Shown: positions 24,801-36,000 of the stretch, piece by piece
How positions within the stretch are numbered: the stretch's first letter is position 1
Layout: every line of letters starts with the position of its first letter
Program-made: the position numbers and the translations under genes
Origin: Hypanus sabinus
Lineage: Eukaryota
Direction: 5' to 3'
NCBI RefSeq assembly: GCF_030144855.1
Contig: NC_082730.1
Span: forward strand, 3,968,001 to 4,032,000
DNA length: 64,000 bases
Notes under the pieces: model-generated
Seen by the model: the letters and a program-made list of their open reading frames with translations, nothing else
What the model was told of the DNA's origin: nothing
The model's database searches: none

Positions 24801-27800
24801 TCTTCCTATCCCTGACCTCACCTATGGACTGTCTTGTCTTGTCTCCTCAGCTGGGACTGCGGTTCCCCCAACCACTGTGACCGGAACTCAGGGACACTCG
24901 GTCTCCTTACATCCTGGGATCCCAGTCGGACCGGACATTACTGAGGTTGAGTGGAGTCGGGTATGGCCCAGAAACAGGATTGTGAAGTACTCGAATGGGA
25001 ACATTGACTACAGTAGTAATGAGCTGTACAAGAACAGGATAACCTTTCATTCTGGGAACATCAGTCTGGAAATCCATGATCTACGGAGAAATGACTCTGG
25101 TGAATATATTGGGATTTTTACAGCTGCAAGTTCAGGAGATGAAAGTAATACAACAGTGCGACTGGAGGTGTACGGTGAGTGACACCAGTCCCTGAAACAC
25201 CCTTAATGGATGGGTGAGGGCAGATCCTCTGTGTTTCTCTGTTTACTGAACCCCACTGACTACCCGTGGCTGGGGCTGGGCTCACGGTTCCAGTGTAGTG
25301 AGTCTGGAGGATACACCCGCCACATCCACAGAGGCGGAGTCAGGAGCCGGGAGGGATTGAACCAACAATGGGGAATCTCATGTGTCTGAGACTGAGGGAG
25401 CTCAGCACACAGGGAGAATGATGTGAATGGGCTGGACAGTCTGTATCTGTGGGTCTCAGTTGCACACTCTACCCCAGGTGAAAGGCCTGGTCTGTCCTGT
25501 TCAGGGATCCCAGTTATCCCATCTGTTTAACAGGACACTGCTTGTTTATTCCCACAGACTGAGGTCTGAGCTCAGCAAAGTGTTTATTCCTCAGCCTTCA
25601 TGCTGTGCTGTGCTGAGTGAGACCCTGTGTATTCATTACACTGAATATAGTGTCCCAGTGAGTGACACATGGAGGGAAGGGAAATGGTTTTGTGACACTT
25701 CCTCCTGTGTGTGTCCAGACCGTGGTGTGGGACATGGAGTGGTGGGAGTTGTGGGTGTGGCAGTAGAGCAGAGCAAGGTGTTACTCAGGGAGAAACTGGT
25801 CAAAATATGTAAGAAAGAGGGAAGGGAGGGGAATGTAAGTCTGAGGATAGTGTAAACTAACTGGGTAAAGTTACTCAAAGGTATGCTAAAGGACCAAGCA
25901 TAAAAAGTATTTGGATTGGGAGATAGTTGACATGTCTCTCTGTGTGGTAGGTTGTGTCTAGATTTTTGAGGAGGCTATTGGAAAGTTGATGAAGGAAAAG
26001 CAGTTAAATTTGTCTACATGGACTTTAACAATGTCCTGCATGGGATGTTGGTGAAGAATGTTTATTGCCTTGGCATTCAGGTTGAGGTTGCAAATTGTAT
26101 TCGACATTGGATTTGCAGGTGATCTACAAGATGGTTGTCTCTCTGATTGGAGGACTGTGATTAGTGAAATGCCTCAAGGATTGGTGCTGGGTCCTTATTG
26201 TTTGTTATCTCTATCAGCAATCTGGATGACAATGTGGTTAACTGGATCATCAAATTTGAGGATGACACTGATTGGGTGTACGGTAAGGAAGACTATCAAA
26301 GTCTTTAGCGGGATCTGGACCAGCAAGAATAATGAGCTGAAAATTGGCAGTTTCAATTTGATGCAGACGAGTACAAAGCCTTGACCCTTGGGAAGTAAAC
26401 CAGGGTGGAACTTAAATAATGACCAGTCAGGTACTGAAGAGTGTAGTAGAATAGAGAGATCTTGGAATACAGAACAATAAATTCTTGAAAGTGTTGTCAC
26501 AGTCAGATAGGGTCATAAAAAAAGCTTTTGGCACGTTGCCATTCATAAATCAAAGGATTGAGTCCAGGAGTTGCAATGTTATGTTGAAATTTTATAAGAC
26601 CTTGGAGAGGATTAATTTGGAGTATTTGTGCAATTCCTGTCACCTATGTACAGGAAAGGTATCAATTCGATTGAAAGAGTGCAGAGTATCAGGACTTGAG
26701 GACCTGAGTTATAGGGGAAGGTGGGGGAATTTCAAGGTGCAGGTGGAAGTATTGGAACCAGGTTCAATTTCAATGTCTAACTGAAACTTGAATAAATATT
26801 GGGAGGGATGTTAAAGACTTTGTCCAGATGTGGATCAATGGGGCTAGGTATAGACTAGATGGACTGAAGGATCTGTTTAGCCACTGCAATGTTCTATGAT
26901 TCAATGTAGTCTCATTGAAAGGACCAGGAAGCATAGATGTTGATCCACTGAAGGTGGAGACCAGTGGGGTCGAAGGAAAGGGCCAGAGGAAACATATCCT
27001 TGCTTTCGGTGGGAGAGGGTGTGAGAACAGAGACGTAAGAAATGGAACAGGTTCTCAGGGTCTCACACCTTCATCATAATCTGGGCAGGCAGAGAAGAGA
27101 TTGAGAGATTGACAGAATAGAATGGGCTGTGTCTTGTGTTGGACCAGATTCAAGGCAGCTCAGGGCTGGGGCTCACTCAGGTTTTAGGCTTTGAAGGGAT
27201 GCAGGGACCACACAGAGGAGGAACAAAAGACATGGAAATGGAGAGAATTTCTGGAATAGAGCGCTATAAACAGGACATGATGGAGAGTTTGTAGATGAGT
27301 GTGGGTTGTGTTTGGGAAAGAGGGTGCAGCACGTGGGAACTTGCTTCAGCAGCAAGTGACTGAACAGAAGGATGAGGGAAGGTTTAAATCGTTTGGGTAA
27401 AAATGAGGTTGGATTGGTTTGAAGTTTACTCTGGACTGTTGGGGATGGGACGAGGGCGTTGAGGATCGAGCTGTCCACAATGATCTTCTTTACTCATCTT
27501 CTATCTCTCCCTCACACCCTCAGAGCCTGTGTCAGGAGCAAACATAACGGTTCAGAACATCACCGGGACCTGTAGCCTCACCCTGACCTGTTCCGTGGCC
27601 TCTGGCAACCCCATCAGCTTCAGTTTGTGGAGAGGAGGAGAAGTTACAGGAGACAACAACAGCCATCACTTCTGGAGACACGAAGAGACGATACAGGTTC
27701 ATTGCACAGCAGAGATGGAGGATGTGGTGTACGGGTGTAAGGCCAGCAACCCCATCAGTGAGGACACCGCACAGGTCCGGCTGGGGAACGTCTGTAATCT

Positions 27801-30493
27801 GGACACATGTAGTGAGTGTCAGAGGAAGGAGTTGGGATTTAGTTATCTCCCCATCCCAGGAGCGTGAGATGGGACAGTTTAGAAGAGCTTAATAAAAACA
27901 TAAACATTTACAGCAGATTACAGACCCTTTGACCCACAATGTTGTGCGGACCATGTAACCTACTCTAAAATCTGCCCAGAAATTCCCTATAGCACAGCCC
28001 TCAATTTTTCCAAGCTCCATGCTCCTATCGAACAAGCTCTTAAAAGACCCTATTGGACCTGTCTCTACCAGCATTGCTGGCAGTGCATTCCATGCACCCA
28101 CCAGTCTCTGTGTGAAAACTTACCTCTAACAGCCCCCTTGTCCCTACTTCCAAGCATCTTAAAACAATGCCCCTTTGTGTTAGCCATTTCAGCCCTGGTT
28201 ATATGTCTCTGACTATCCACATGATCAATGTCTCTTATCATCTTGTACACCTCTATCAGGTCACCTCTCATAATCCTCTTTTGTTCCAAGGAATTCACTC
28301 AACCTATTCTCATAAGGCATGCTCCCCAATCCAGGCAACATCCTTGTAGATCTCCTCGACACACTTTCTATGGTTTCCATATCCTTCCTGTAGTGAGGTG
28401 ACCATAACTGAGCACAGTATTCCAAGTGGGGCCTAACTAAGTGTAACTCCACTGATTTTAATCTAGCACCGTCACACTGGCCCTCAATAACCCCTCTACT
28501 CAAGCTCTACCTCCACCTCCCTGACCACTCGGTGCCTCAGCCATCCTAAATAATCCTTCCCTCCAATCTAATCATTCCTTCGCTCCAGCAAGATTGCACA
28601 GTTGTTTCAGTATGGACCATCTGCAAAATGCACTGCAGATCCTCACCCAGGCTATGCTGACAAATATGAGTGGAGGCCTGTGTATAAAATCCAAAGACAA
28701 AGCTTACCTACAAAGTAAACTGTCCTCTGCAGTATCCTCTCGGACAGGGTCAGAGAGCAGAATACATCCAAGCTGAAGTTTTTAAGAAAGCACATGGTAC
28801 ATTGGCATTCATCAACCATGGGATTGAGTTCAAGAGCCGAGAGGTAAAGTCAGACCCAACTTAGATTTCTGGTCACCTCACTGCAGGAAGGATATGGAAA
28901 CTATAGAAAGGATTCAGAGGAGATTTAGAAGGATGTTGCCTGGATTGGGGAGCATGCCTTATGAGATTAGCTTGAGTGAACTCGGCCTTTTCTCCTTGGA
29001 GTGGTGGATGATGTGATGTGACCTGATAGAGGCGTATAAGATGATAAGAGGCATTGATCGTGTGGACAGTCAGAGGCTTTTTCCCAGGGCTGAAATGGCT
29101 AACATGAGAGGGCACAGTTTTAAGGTGCTTGGAAGTAGGTACAGAGGAGATATCAGGGGTAAGTTTTTTTAATGCAGAGAGTAGTGAGTGAGTGGAATGG
29201 GCTGCTGGAAATGGTGGTGGAGGTGGATACAACAGGGTCTTTTAGGAGAATCCTGTATAGGCGCATTGGAGCTCAGAAAAATAGAGGGCTATGGGTAGCC
29301 CTAGGTAATTTCTAAGGTAGGGACATGCTCGGCTCAGCTTTGTGGGCTGAAGGGCCTGTATTGTGCTGTAGGTTTTCTATGTTTCTATGTTTGAGAAGAT
29401 GGGCAATTTCAGTTTTGATTCTTCCACCATTTCCTTAATTCCTGTCACAACATTTTCAAATGTCAACAGTATTGTTCTTTTGTGTACCAATGGGAGCACC
29501 ATACAGCAGGAGGAAATGGGGGGAGTGATGTGATAGTGACTGGAGGGAATAGAGGATGATGGGACTGAGGGGTATTGAAGGGGTGGAGTGCAGGTCAGTG
29601 ATGTGATGTTGATTAGAGGGAATGGGGAAAGAGGGGACTGACGGGTATCAGAGGGGTGGTGATGGGTTTGGAGATGAGTGATTTGATGGAGAGAATTGGA
29701 TGGAAAGATTGAGGGGTACTGGAGGGGAGGGGTGGGATGGAGGACAGTGAGGTGATAGTGATCGGAGGGAATCGGGACTCAGGGGACTGAGGGTTATTGG
29801 AGGGAAAAAGGTTGGAGGGACTGAGGGATGTTGGAAGGGAGGGGAGTGGGGTGAAGAGGTGGGGGTTGGAGGGGATTTATGTGATGGTGATTGCAGGGTA
29901 CTGAGGGACCATGTTGAGGTGACAGGGAGATTTTTCCGACAGAGGAGGGATGGAGTGAATTCATCAATCCTGTGTCACTGGGAATGTGAGGACTGGATTC
30001 ATCAGGAAATCTTTTCTCCTCTGTGTTACAGCTTCTAAACCAACAGCGGTGCCGATTGCAGTGACCCTGGTGTTCAGATTGTCAGTGGTGCTGACCCTCC
30101 TGATCTCTGCTCTCACTGCGATCCTCATGGTCACACGGAGGAGAAGACCTGAGGGAAGGGAAGTAACTTCAGGGACTGAAGGCAAGTGGAGCTGACACCC
30201 TGTCATTGAGTCTAGTATTTGGGAGAGGGAAAGAGAGGGGGTGGGCTGGGGTGGTGACAACAGTGGTGGGAGAGAAGAGTTAGATGGGGTAAAGTGGGAA
30301 TGGTTTCAGTACAGGCCCTGTCACCTCTGCTTTCTGTCCCACAGACCCACTGGAGACAGGCATCATTGACACAGACCTTCAGAAGAATCGCAGTGTCTGG
30401 CTGCCCCCCAGGGAGATTGACAGGGTAATGACAGACACATTACCCCTGAAAGAGGGCACCCAGGGACCACTCACAGTCCTTGGGGCAAACTGA
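15812..30493 (+). CDS. CD2/SLAM-family two-Ig-domain type I membrane receptor, paralog A (spliced: 15812-15866, 24851-25174, 27524-27811, 30032-30181, 30345-30493; 321 aa)
   Basis: Five exons join in frame through phase-1 introns (55+324+288+150+149=966 nt). They encode a signal peptide, a V-set domain lacking the B-F Cys pair but with W and DSGEY, a C2-set domain with TC..LTC..YGC..SNPIS..C (CD2/SLAM signature), a hydrophobic TM followed by RRRR, and a cytoplasmic tail. The family call is from motif recognition; orthology is not determined. Confidence 0.85.
16188..16745 (+). mobile_element. Non-autonomous retroposon (SINE-like) specific to paralog A intron 1
   Basis: Absent from paralog B, which reads gatgtggaa|cccaggaac contiguously. 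GC-rich 5' part; ends AATAAAC...ctcataatctaataatctaat (microsatellite tail). Confidence 0.65.
17931..22449 (+). mobile_element. L1-clade LINE, both ends present, RT domain internally deleted
   Basis: ORF1 at 18328-19026 (RRRNLRILALPE, IRIVEDYP, SLRFPAKL). APE from ~19750 (ISWN, AQENH, DFN, SRID, DHAP). Sequence jumps at ~21075 to the C-terminal Cys region (CPICERC..THMF). AATAAAAAGG..(AAAATG) tail; TSD tgttcttggac at 17916-17926 and 22450-22460. Confidence 0.9.
22923..23437 (-). mobile_element. Non-autonomous Tc1/mariner element
   Basis: Degenerate TIRs (ta)cactctgcggccatttatt / aataaagtgactattgagtg. Transposase N-terminal remnant DLSVFDCGMIVDAGWDGLSISETNDLRGFS. Confidence 0.8.
24851..25174 (+). 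CDS. Paralog A exon 2, V-set Ig domain (CD2-type, no disulfide)
   Basis: Acceptor gtctcctcag| and donor TACG|gtgagt. Translation GTAVPPTTVTGTQGHSVSLHP...EVEW...YKNRITF...SLEIHDLRRNDSGEY...RLEVY. Confidence 0.92.
25950..26870 (+). mobile_element. CR1 RT/3' fragment (copy ~59790-60720)
   Basis: YMDF, PQGLVLGP and KAFGTL remnants; frameshifted. Confidence 0.75.
27524..27811 (+). CDS. Paralog A exon 3, C2-set Ig domain
   Basis: Acceptor ctcacaccctcag| and donor TGTA|gtgagt. Translation EPVSGANITVQNITGTCSLTLTCSV...VVYGCKASNPISEDTAQVRLGNVCNLDTC. Confidence 0.92.
27880..28450 (-). mobile_element. CR1 3' fragment (copy ~61700-62270)
   Basis: Minus strand LVRPHLEYCAQLWSPHYRKD, RGDLIEVYK, WNALP. Confidence 0.8.
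28770..29392 (+). mobile_element. CR1 3' fragment with ctatgttt tail (copy ~62580-63192)
   Basis: CR1 ORF2 end and 3'UTR ending gttttctatgtttctatgttt. Confidence 0.8.
29510..29960 (+). repeat. G-rich degenerate tandem repeat upstream of the TM exon (copy ~63310-63760)
   Basis: Recurrent tgtgatagtgactggagggaat...gggactgaggg(g/t)tattggaggg motifs, roughly five imperfect units. Confidence 0.6.
30032..30181 (+). CDS. Paralog A exon 4, stalk/transmembrane/juxtamembrane
   Basis: Acceptor ttttctcctctgtgttacag|. Translation SKPTAVPIAVTLVFRLSVVLTLLISALTAILMVTRRRRPEGREVTSGTE. Putative GC donor AAG|gcaagt. Confidence 0.85.
30345..30493 (+). CDS. Paralog A exon 5, cytoplasmic tail (probable terminal exon)
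   Basis: Acceptor ctctgctttctgtcccacag|. Phase-1 reading DPLETGIIDTDLQKNRSVWLPPREIDRVMTDTLPLKEGTQGPLTVLGAN* ends with TGA at 30491-30493. A possible internal donor (AGG|gtaatg, ~30425) makes the 3' end uncertain. Confidence 0.6.
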
Positions 30494-30579
30494 ATGCAAG
30501 GCCTGCATGTAATCTGAACAATCCCAGAATCAACCACAGGTCCCTGTCACCGGGGGTCGTTCCAACCACCACTGCATAT

Positions 30580-31450
30580 TAATACTCTCAGTTACTCCAA
30601 AATCTGCTTCTGCAAACTCCAGTCTCAACAACAACATTGTGTGGGTAGTCATCAGTACTAAGCCCCCAAATCTCAAAGGCACCGAGTGGCATCAATTGTA
30701 AATGTGTCAGATACCGTTTGTAAACGGATCTATAAAGTAAAGTAAGTTGAGAACCTGTGTCAAGTATGGCTCGAGCAGAAATACCTTCAGTCCATTTGGA
30801 CACACCAGAGTCTGGTCCCACTAAACCTTCACGAATATTGTTTTGCACTTTAGTATTTCCCGTGATGCACTGATTGGAACGTATTCTGTCTGAGATGCCA
30901 GTCCATATCTATACAGTGTTCACCCGCAGTTTTGCATCTTTAGTTCTCTGTTTGATTAACCGTGATTTACTTTCTGTAGATTTTCGTGTTACTCATAGTT
31001 TCACTTGAAATGTCTATCTTCTTCACAGTTGTTACAGAACTTCCAGGTTTGGTACGTTTTGTATTCAACTGAACAGGACAGTTGGAATATTCTGATGCGG
31101 GAATAAAAATTGTGGTAAATGCTCTGTAAATGCTGCCCCATGCAAAGTTATTATTTTCCAGGGAATAACACCCTGCACCAGCAAAAAATAAAGTGGAGTT
31201 ATATTTACTGATATTAAAACTTTAACAGTTAATAGAGGGAAAAGAAAAGGGTCCAGCACAGCTAAGCCAGTCTGAATGGGCAGATAAACGTTGGATCTTT
31301 GATTTCTCACTTGCTGAACCCATGATCTGCATGGAAGACACCAGTCACCTTTGGAACTTCCCTTGAAAGCCATTTTGAATGAACTGGCTAACTCAGGAGC
31401 ATTGGCTCTTCCTGCTGAGAACCATTTGGCTACACGAAGCACTTCTTGCA
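30580..31450 (-). mobile_element. Deleted copy of the Gypsy gag-protease remnant
   Basis: Retropepsin motif AILDTGSQLTLL (30588-30848); colinear with 1-2000 apart from a ~1.2 kb deletion. Confidence 0.8.
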
Positions 31451-32384
31451 ACAGTGACTCGCCTTTGAACAGTGTTCACTGAGCATCTTCCCTTGTGTTC
31501 TCCTCCACTGCTCCTGCCAACCAAACCTCCCCGGACTGGCTGACACAACATTCCCAGCCTGAGCAAATAGTCCTTATCTCAGCCGAAACCAAAACACTAA
31601 GCTATGAGGCTTAACGATGAGAAAACATTGCATTTGCAGAAAAACTGCTAAAATTAAAATACCTCACAGCATACTAGTAGAAACACAATAAAACATGTGC
31701 TTAACTTGGGAATGACACAGGCAAATTGTTTGAATGTGAGCAATGACTCAATGGCAGCCATAGAGATGGAGGGCCAATGGGCCTGTTTCTGTGACTCCAC
31801 CCTATTTGACTCCCTTCACCAACACATCACAGTTCAGAGTTCAAAGTATATTTTATTATCAAAGTGTGCATATATTATACAAGCTTGAGATTCATCTACT
31901 TATGGGCAGTCAGAACACAAGAATCTCAAAAGAACCCATGAAAAAAGAAAGTTAACAAACACCCAATGTGCAGAGAGAGAGAGAGAGAGAAACATCACAC
32001 CAATCATGCAAACAATAAAAGCCAGCCAAAGCATTCAGGATGAAAGCGAGCCCATAGACACAAACCCTGGAGCATCCGGAGCAGGCCCACAGCCTCAGCT
32101 TCAGTTCATCACACAGCAGAGCAAAATGTCATGGAGCTGACACACATGGACCCTGAGGCATCTGGAGCCAGCTCACAGCCTCAGTGTCAATATGCAGCAA
32201 ACCAGCCAACACACACGACCTTTTCAATCGATCTGGCTCAGGTTTAAATCATCCACTATAACACCACACACAGTTCCAGTCACGGTCTGTGCCGATCAAA
32301 GTCCCAGGTCTGCTGCTCTTGGACCAGATTCAGACACGGTCTGGGCTGGGTCACACCCGGGTGTAGAAGGGAAACTGGGACCAT

Positions 32385-33055
32385 AAGACCATAAGATATA
32401 GTAGAAGTAGGCCATTTGGCCCATCGAGTCTGCTCCACCATTCAATCATGGGCTGATCCAATTTTTCCAGTCACACCCACTACCCTGCCTTCACCCAAAC
32501 CCTTTGATGCCCTGGCTAATCAAGAACCTATCTATCTCTGCCTTAAGTACACCCAATTACTTGGACTCCACAGCCACTTGGGGCAACAAATTCCACAGAT
32601 TTATCTCCCTCTGATGAAAGTAATTTCTCTGCATCTCAGTTCTAAATGGACGTCCTTCAATCCTGAATTCATACCTTCTTGTCCTAGACTCCCCTACCAT
32701 GGGAAATAACTCTGTTATATCTAACTTGTTCAGGCCTTTTAACATTTGGAATGTTTCTATGAGATCCCCCTCATTCTCCTGAACTCCAGGGAATACAACC
32801 CATGAACTGCCAAACATTCCTCATGCAGTAACCCTTTCATTCCTGGAATCATTCTGTAAATATTCTCTGAACCTTCTCCAATGTTAGTATAGTCTTTCCA
32901 AAATAAGAAGTCCACAGCTGCACACAATCCTCCACGAGTGCCTTATAGAGCCTCAGCATCACATCCCACCTCTTATATTCTATACCTCTAGAAATGATCG
33001 CCAACATTGCATTCGCCTTCTTCCCAACCAACTCAACCTGGAGGTTACACTTACA
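32385..33055 (-). mobile_element. CR1 3' fragment
   Basis: Tail cataagaccataag. Minus strand GDLIETFQMLKGL, NLWNLLPQ, YKALV. Confidence 0.8.
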
Positions 33056-36000
33056 ATGGTGACAACATATGTGGGCCTGGAGAGGATTACTGGGAATCAA
33101 AGCCATAAACAGGGAACTGTGGATTTTTTATGGATGTTGCGGGAAGTGGTTGGGAAAGTGGGAACTTACTCCAGCAATAACTGATGAAATGAAGGTTGAG
33201 GGAAGGGCTAAAGTGGTGTGTGGCAATGAGCTGGAATCAGCTTCAAGTTCACTTGGGACCATTGGGGATTGAATGCAGGAATCGGGGACCGATTTTCCTT
33301 AACTCATCTTTCACCATTACTGCTCAACCTGAAATCCCGTGTAAGGAACATACGTCATGGTCTATTCATTTTCATAGATGCTGCTTGACCTGTTGAGATC
33401 CTACAGCATTTTGAGTGTGTTGCCCTTGGTTCTGAACATTACCGGGACCTTTGACCTCACCTGGTCCTGCTCCATGTCCTTAGGGTTCTCACCAGCTTCA
33501 AGTGGTGAAGGGGAGGAGAAGCTGTGCGAGACTCCAGCATACATCACCTCTGGAATCATGGAGAGATGGGTGCGGTTCATCACACAGATTAACCTGTGGA
33601 TGGGCAGTGTGATGGGGCAGTGTAGGTGGCGCTTCACTTTGTGTCAAACATGTGCATATTTATTTGTTTTACAATAATCACACTGTTCTCAGTTCAATCT
33701 TGACAAATATTTATGCATTTAAAACATCAAATTAAATCATGATCATCCTTGTCCAGGATGCAACCCAACCCTTGTAATGCCCACTGCCATCTGAAAACAT
33801 CCAAGATGTGAATGAAGAGTACCTACTCTCTTTCCAAAACTAGATTGAGCTGAGTTACTGACTCTCAGCTGATCTGCAGTGTCGGAGCCAGAGTCAGGTA
33901 GCAGTTTGTGGTGTCCTGCCATTTTTCGGTTGAGTAGCAGTGCACAGTATGAACTGTTCCCTAAAGCGAAAGACTACTCTGAGTGATCTCCTGAGGGGCT
34001 GATCCCTCAGTAGGTACTTCTGTCTTTCATCAGTACTGTGGGTCTCTTAATTGTTGTCCAGCCTATAGTGGTTAAAGCCTTGTGCATTCTGTTTAATCTT
34101 GTCAAGCTTATTTTTCTACATCCTGTGATTATTTAAAGTGGACTCCCAATTAACACCTAATGGTGGGTCATTGTGTTCCGAAAATAATTTGTTTCACAGA
34201 GTCGCTCGCTCAGGCCACCAATGTTCTGTTGGAATTCCAATGCATGAACTCATCTTCTATCTCCACATGGGAGTCTATCGCTCCTCTGCACCTGGGTTCA
34301 GTTGTCTCCCAGCACACACCGTGACACTGTCTGCTACAATGCAGGTAGTCAACAGCTAGGTCCAGGTATGACTCTAAGCTGAGCAGATTCTTTTGAAATG
34401 TTTCATCTCAGACTTCTGCCTCTTGGTCGTGCTCTTCTTGTACACTTGATAAAAGTGATGGTGGTGAGTCTTACCCATGTCCCACCTAGACTTCAGAAAA
34501 GGGAATGTCCGGAACCTTTGGAATGAATCCTGGAGTTGGCCACCTTCCAGCAGCCAGTTGTTACAGAGCTTACGTGGACCCCACTCATGTGCACGTCAGG
34601 ACAAACTCTGCCCACGCGAAGTGATCGATTGAGTATGAAACTGGCCTCACAGTGGACATCAGACATGTTTGCTGCTCAAATTATAGATGGTCTCCTCCGT
34701 CAGCCCCCTTCAACTGTTACACCACTCCCACTGGAAATTAAAATGAAATGATTCATGTTGAGTTCCCCCCGCTGTCCCCCTGCATCCAAGAGACAGGTGG
34801 CTACAATTAAAATGGACTCCACGGGGTGTGGAGATGTGGCACAACCCCGGTGAGACTCACCATCTTTTATAGATGTACCATAGCAAGCATCCTATGTGGA
34901 TGCATCACAGATTTGTATGGCTACTGCTCTGAATATGAAATGGCAGAGTTGTGAATGCAGCCCAGTCTGTCACACAAAGCAACCTCCCATTCATGGACTG
35001 TGTCCTCACTTACCACCGGCTCAGGAAAGGAGACAACACAATCAGAGAGCCCACCCACCACTGTCATTCTCTCTTCCCTCCCCAGTCTGCCCCGACACCA
35101 TCCCACTGACCCACAAATCTGTCTTTCTCAGCCGAACACCCGACCCCACACCATGCCTTCCAACAACACTCTCCGCAAAGTCTCCACTTTGTCTCCCTTG
35201 TAAAGACCGACTCCACAGTTCCTCCACCGTCCCCAGCACACAGATGCACAGACACACACAGGATCAGGATGGAGACAGCAATCGGAGGGTGGGGAGGGGG
35301 TTGAGGACTGGGGTAGATCATCCACTGTCATATTCAATGGTGCGAGAGGCTGGGTTGCTTGAGGGGCCAAAGCCAACTCCTGTTCTTATTTCCCTCTTTG
35401 TGTGTGTCTGTTTGTACATGTGTGAGAGAGAGAAAGAGTGGCTGGGGAGATCTTCAGAACTGAGTGAAAATGCAGACTGAGAGGGAGAGACACAGACTAA
35501 GAAACCGAGAGAGGAATGTGAAAACAGTGACTTCTGAAGAGAAATGAAAGGTAAATTGAAAAAGATGTCCTCTCAGAGACTATGAGAAACAGGAGAATAA
35601 AAGGACAAGAGAGAGATGGGCAGAGAGGCTGTGGGTAAGGGTACAGAATCTGAGAGAGAGAGAGAGCTAGAGGTGGACAGGGACTGGTTGGAGATGTGGA
35701 GATGGTTAATGGGATGTGTTTGAGTTACAGCTTGTGCTCTGTGCCTGTTTGGAGTAGAATTGCCTGCTCCCCATCACAGTCTATTAGATAGCTGTGACAT
35801 AGCCAATTTCCACTGCTTTAGTTATTACCCCTCGACCATCAAGCTCTTGAGTAAATGTGGATACCTACCCTCACTACCCCATCATTAAATGTCTTACACC
35901 AAAGATCTCACTTTAAGGATTCTTTATCTCATTATCTCATGTTCCCAGTATTCCTTGCTATTTATTTATATTTACATTTGCACAGTTTTTTTTGTTTTCA

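Larger units (their letters stand above)
23660..30190. repeat. Segmental duplication block paralogous to ~56265-64000
   Basis: Colinear V, C2 and TM exons and introns. Copy B has an extra ~1.45 kb at ~58070-59512. Confidence 0.92.

Noticed and set aside
30500-34350. Additional cytoplasmic exons with ITSM/ITIM motifs
   Set aside because: No acceptor-flanked segment encoding TxYxxV/I was seen by eye; not excluded without cDNA.
34896-35480. 194-aa ORF and overlapping ORFs at 8528-8987
   Set aside because: Off-frame readings of an L2-type fragment plus low-complexity and microsatellite sequence.
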